Source of the DNA: Styela clava
Taxonomy: Eukaryota
Reading direction: 5' to 3'
Assembly (NCBI RefSeq): GCF_964204865.1
Contig: NW_027556749.1
Location: 124,001-187,270, forward strand
Length of the DNA: 63,270 bases
Below the pieces are notes generated by a model that did no database searches, was not told the origin of the DNA, and saw nothing but the letters and a program-made list of their open reading frames with translations. Positions 60,360 through 63,270 of this stretch are shown here, piece after piece; the stretch's first letter is position 1; every line of letters starts with the position of its first letter. Made by a program: the position numbers and the translations under genes.

Positions 60360-60968
60360 TTATTTGTTGCTCAAGTCATCATCAATAATAATACCAGTTT
60401 GGGGATCTACTCTACGAGTAGCTTGTCTTATATATTCATTAACGGGTTGGTTTAAATTTGTCACATTAGGCACATTAGGTGTCTTTTGTGTCATGTCCCC
60501 ATTATAATTAGTAGTTGGGAGCGGTTCAGCCTTTTGAACAAATAAAGAACTTAATTCGGTTTTTAAAACTTTAAACTCGTTAATCAAATCTTTGTCTTCT
60601 AACTGAGCAGATTTATTGCCTAATAAGGTCAAAACATGTTTCATTTTAGATTCATCGCCACCTTCTTTCTTAAATAATTCCTTAATGTGGTTATGTCTTA
60701 ATGATGTTTGAGCTTGTATGAACTTCCCTTCAAGATCCTTATGAGCGAGCTCTCTATTTTTCAAATTTTCGCCAAGAGTGTTTTTGATTTTCTCTAAGTT
60801 TGAAATTTGGTCGACAGCTTTTTCATATTGTTTCTTCAAAGTATCATACTTTTTTTCTCACATATTAAACTCAGCTACACTTACTTTAGTGTCTTTGTCT
60901 GTACTTGTGCTTTTCTCAGTATTTTGCACTTCTTGTGTTTCCACAGTTTCTTTTATGTTATTTTCCAT
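60360..60968 (-). CDS. Scaffolding protein (second copy)
   Basis: Repeat of 14016..14624. Confidence 0.75.
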
Positions 60969-61053
60969 AAATTTCTCCTATTATATAATAAGAAGGGATC
61001 TTAAAGTTGATGACGATAAGGAGGTACTAGTCGAAATAAACTTTATACCCCTT

Positions 61054-61102
61054 CATATATATATATGTACAAAAACACTAAAAAAGATTTAATTATTTTT
61101 AA
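61054..61102 (-). promoter_or_regulatory. 49-bp putative late promoter (second copy)
   Basis: Repeat of 14710..14758. Confidence 0.7.
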
Positions 61103-61582
61103 TTATTTTGAATTATTTTTAAAAACATCGAGTTTTACGTCTGAGAGCGCGAGAATAAAAAATCTTACTATAAGTTGAGGCTGTGACAAATTGAGTTACC
61201 CTAGGACCCTAAAAAAAGCTTGGGATATCCTCGGGCTTGACTTTCTCGCGTTCTTGTGATATAATAAAAGGGGGTACCTTTTCACGTTCTCGATCGTTGA
61301 GATAAAAAAAAAAGTACTTGACAAAATAAAAATTTTAATATATAATAAACGGGGAGCCTTTCGCCGGCACAATTCGCACGATTGAACACGTTAAAAATGG
61401 GCTTGCTTTTTCTTCTTTTAATACTAAACCACGTTTAAACTCGTTTAGGCCCTCAAATGGCAATTATTTGAATATTTCAGCGCTACGACTGACACAATCC
61501 GCAAGCTTTCAGATTTCAACAGGCAAAAAAAAGACCGGGAACATCTAAGCCCCGGCCCTAAATAATATTTATTTATTTATTA

Positions 61583-61891
61583 TTATTTATTATTTGCACC
61601 CTCCTTTTTCATCTTTGCCAAAATCAACCGGATTTTTAAAAATTCAATTTCTTTTTTGGCCTGTAATTCTTTCGCCTCAAAATAATTTAAAAATTTTTTT
61701 ATAATTTCGATTAAGTCGACCGGCTCCATTTCGAAGCTTGCCAAATTGTTTAAATTATTTATAATTAAATTATTTATAATTTTTTTGGCGTTGTCTGTTT
61801 CAAATGTAATTTTTTCGAGATTTTCGAAATCGTTTTTGTTGTCAAGTGTCGAGAAAATGGCCAATAATTTATTTTTTTGCTTTATTTCCAT
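61583..61891 (-). CDS. 102-aa protein (second copy)
   Basis: Repeat of 15317..15625. Confidence 0.75.
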   Translation of the reverse strand: MEIKQKNKLLAIFSTLDNKNDFENLEKITFETDNAKKIINNLIINNLNNLASFEMEPVDLIEIIKKFLNYFEAKELQAKKEIEFLKIRLILAKMKKEGANNK

Positions 61892-62580
61892 TATTCTGCA
61901 CCTCCTTCGTCACGTTCGAAATCTTCAAGCATTCGTGCCAAGTTGATTTTATCCGCTAAATCGTTTTGCGTCTCGTCGTCCTGCGTCTTGTTCTCTTCAG
62001 ATGTTGCGAGGTCGTGGGATTCTTCGCGTATACTTTGCGCGGTAATTCCGCAACTTCTCAAAATTAAATCTTTTCACGTCGCGAAATCTTCAGGCTTCAA
62101 GTCTTCGGCTTGAGTGTATCCATTTAACGCGTTCCAAATCTCCCCATCTTCTACCTCGTCGCTGTCGGTGAACAGGTCGCGCGCTCTATCCTCCACATCT
62201 TCGGTGCAGTAATGTGCCCAATTTAATTTATCATTTAAACCAGTAAAGGAGTTACAAAATTTAATTTGTTCTTTTTTCTCTTCTTCTGCTTCTTTTGCTT
62301 CCTCTTCTTCTTCGGCCTCTCTTTCGTCTTCGTCGTTGTTATTTGGTCAAATAATCACGTATTGCGCCAATTCTACACGGTCCGCGTCGCAGTCTTCACG
62401 TGCTCCGCTTGTGCATTGGTGGCGGTTATAATTAATTTTTTTTAATAATCGGTTTTTTTCGTCCTTTATGTCTTGATTATCGAAACAGTCCGCCAAAAAA
62501 TTATCGATTTTTTTTTTGCTTAAATCCGTACATTTTACGACTTCAAAGCGTCCAAGTCTATTTTTTTTTGTGTGTGTCAT
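61891..62580 (-). CDS. Acidic 229-aa protein (second copy)
   Basis: Repeat of 15625..16314. Confidence 0.8.
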
Positions 62581-63270
62581 TGTGGCACCTCCTCAATATT
62601 ATAATAATAATTAAATATATATTAATTAATTAATGCATTTATCTTTTACGTTTCAATTTAATTATATATTATTATTTTTTTTTTTGTTATTTTTTTTTTT
62701 ACTTATTTTTTTTTTAAAATTTTTGCATTATACCACAAACGACAAAAAAGGGGTAAAGTGTTAAAATAATATTATAGAAATTAAAAAATTGATTTTTGAA
62801 AATTTAAAATAAAAATTAAATAAAAAATTGCCAAAAGCTCGCCCAATTAATTTTAACATAGTTTTTTTTTTTTGTCAAGTTTTTTTTTAAAAATTTTGAA
62901 ATTTATTTTTAGACGAAATAAAAAATTTGAAAGAGAAAAAAATTTTTTTATTATTCTCTATGTAAGGACTTATTTTTTTGAAAAGCTTGATTATCTTACT
63001 GACAGAAAAAAAGGTGATTTTTGCATATGGGACCGTGGGTTAGACTGGAAGAGGTGAATTTTTTTGAGCTAAAACTTTTACAACTTTTCCGGGCTGAAAA
63101 ACACGAGTTTTACCTGTCGTAGAACCAATACAGAAAAAAAGTAAAATATTTGCAAACTCTTATGAAAAACAAAAAATATTATACTATTATTACTTATTTA
63201 TTTTTTTTTTTAAGCAGTAGTAGAGATAAATTTACTTTTTTAACGAAATGGCTTAAACACTGGGTAAAGT

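Larger units (their letters stand above)
46341..63270 (+). repeat. Direct repeat of 1..17004 (second partial genome copy)
   Basis: Same sequence and ORFs at offsets of +46340, then +46344 after a 4-bp indel, then +46266 after a 78-bp indel. Confidence 0.98.

Noticed and set aside
1-63270. Mass pseudogenisation suggested by the many short ORFs
   Set aside because: The breaks are TGA codons within one frame, and motifs continue across them.

Overview
The window holds one complete ~46.3-kb, very AT-rich tailed-phage genome plus a second, near-identical copy of its first ~17 kb (1..17004 recurs at 46341..63270). The phage reads TGA as Trp (genetic code 4), which points to a Mollicutes host (Mycoplasma/Spiroplasma type). 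The supplied code-11 ORF track is therefore fragmented; the CDS coordinates below come from my manual code-4 re-reading. The minus strand carries one ~21.6-kb structural block: scaffold, major capsid, a 200-aa protein, a 2818-aa repeat fibre with an N-terminal head-tail-adaptor-like domain, a holin-like protein, portal, an 1807-aa protein, a KTSC-domain protein, TerS and TerL. The plus strand carries early and replication genes: an adenine methyltransferase, peptidyl-tRNA hydrolase, a minimal LigA-type ligase, Tmk, a sigma factor, 12 tRNAs with structured flanking RNA, Tdk, a Q/N-rich SSB-like protein, a PD-(D/E)XK nuclease, a RuvC-like resolvase, a PolB with a primase-like tail and an SF3 helicase. 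I recognised no integrase, endolysin, tape measure or tRNA-Trp(UCA). The best candidate for a new system is an identical 49-bp element heading both the structural operon and the tRNA/ncRNA array (at the end of the phage sigma gene), together with tRNAs carrying atypical anticodon loops and a phage Pth. An early gene also encodes a free-standing copy of the fibre's repeat domain. All product calls come from motif recognition by eye; no database searches were run.
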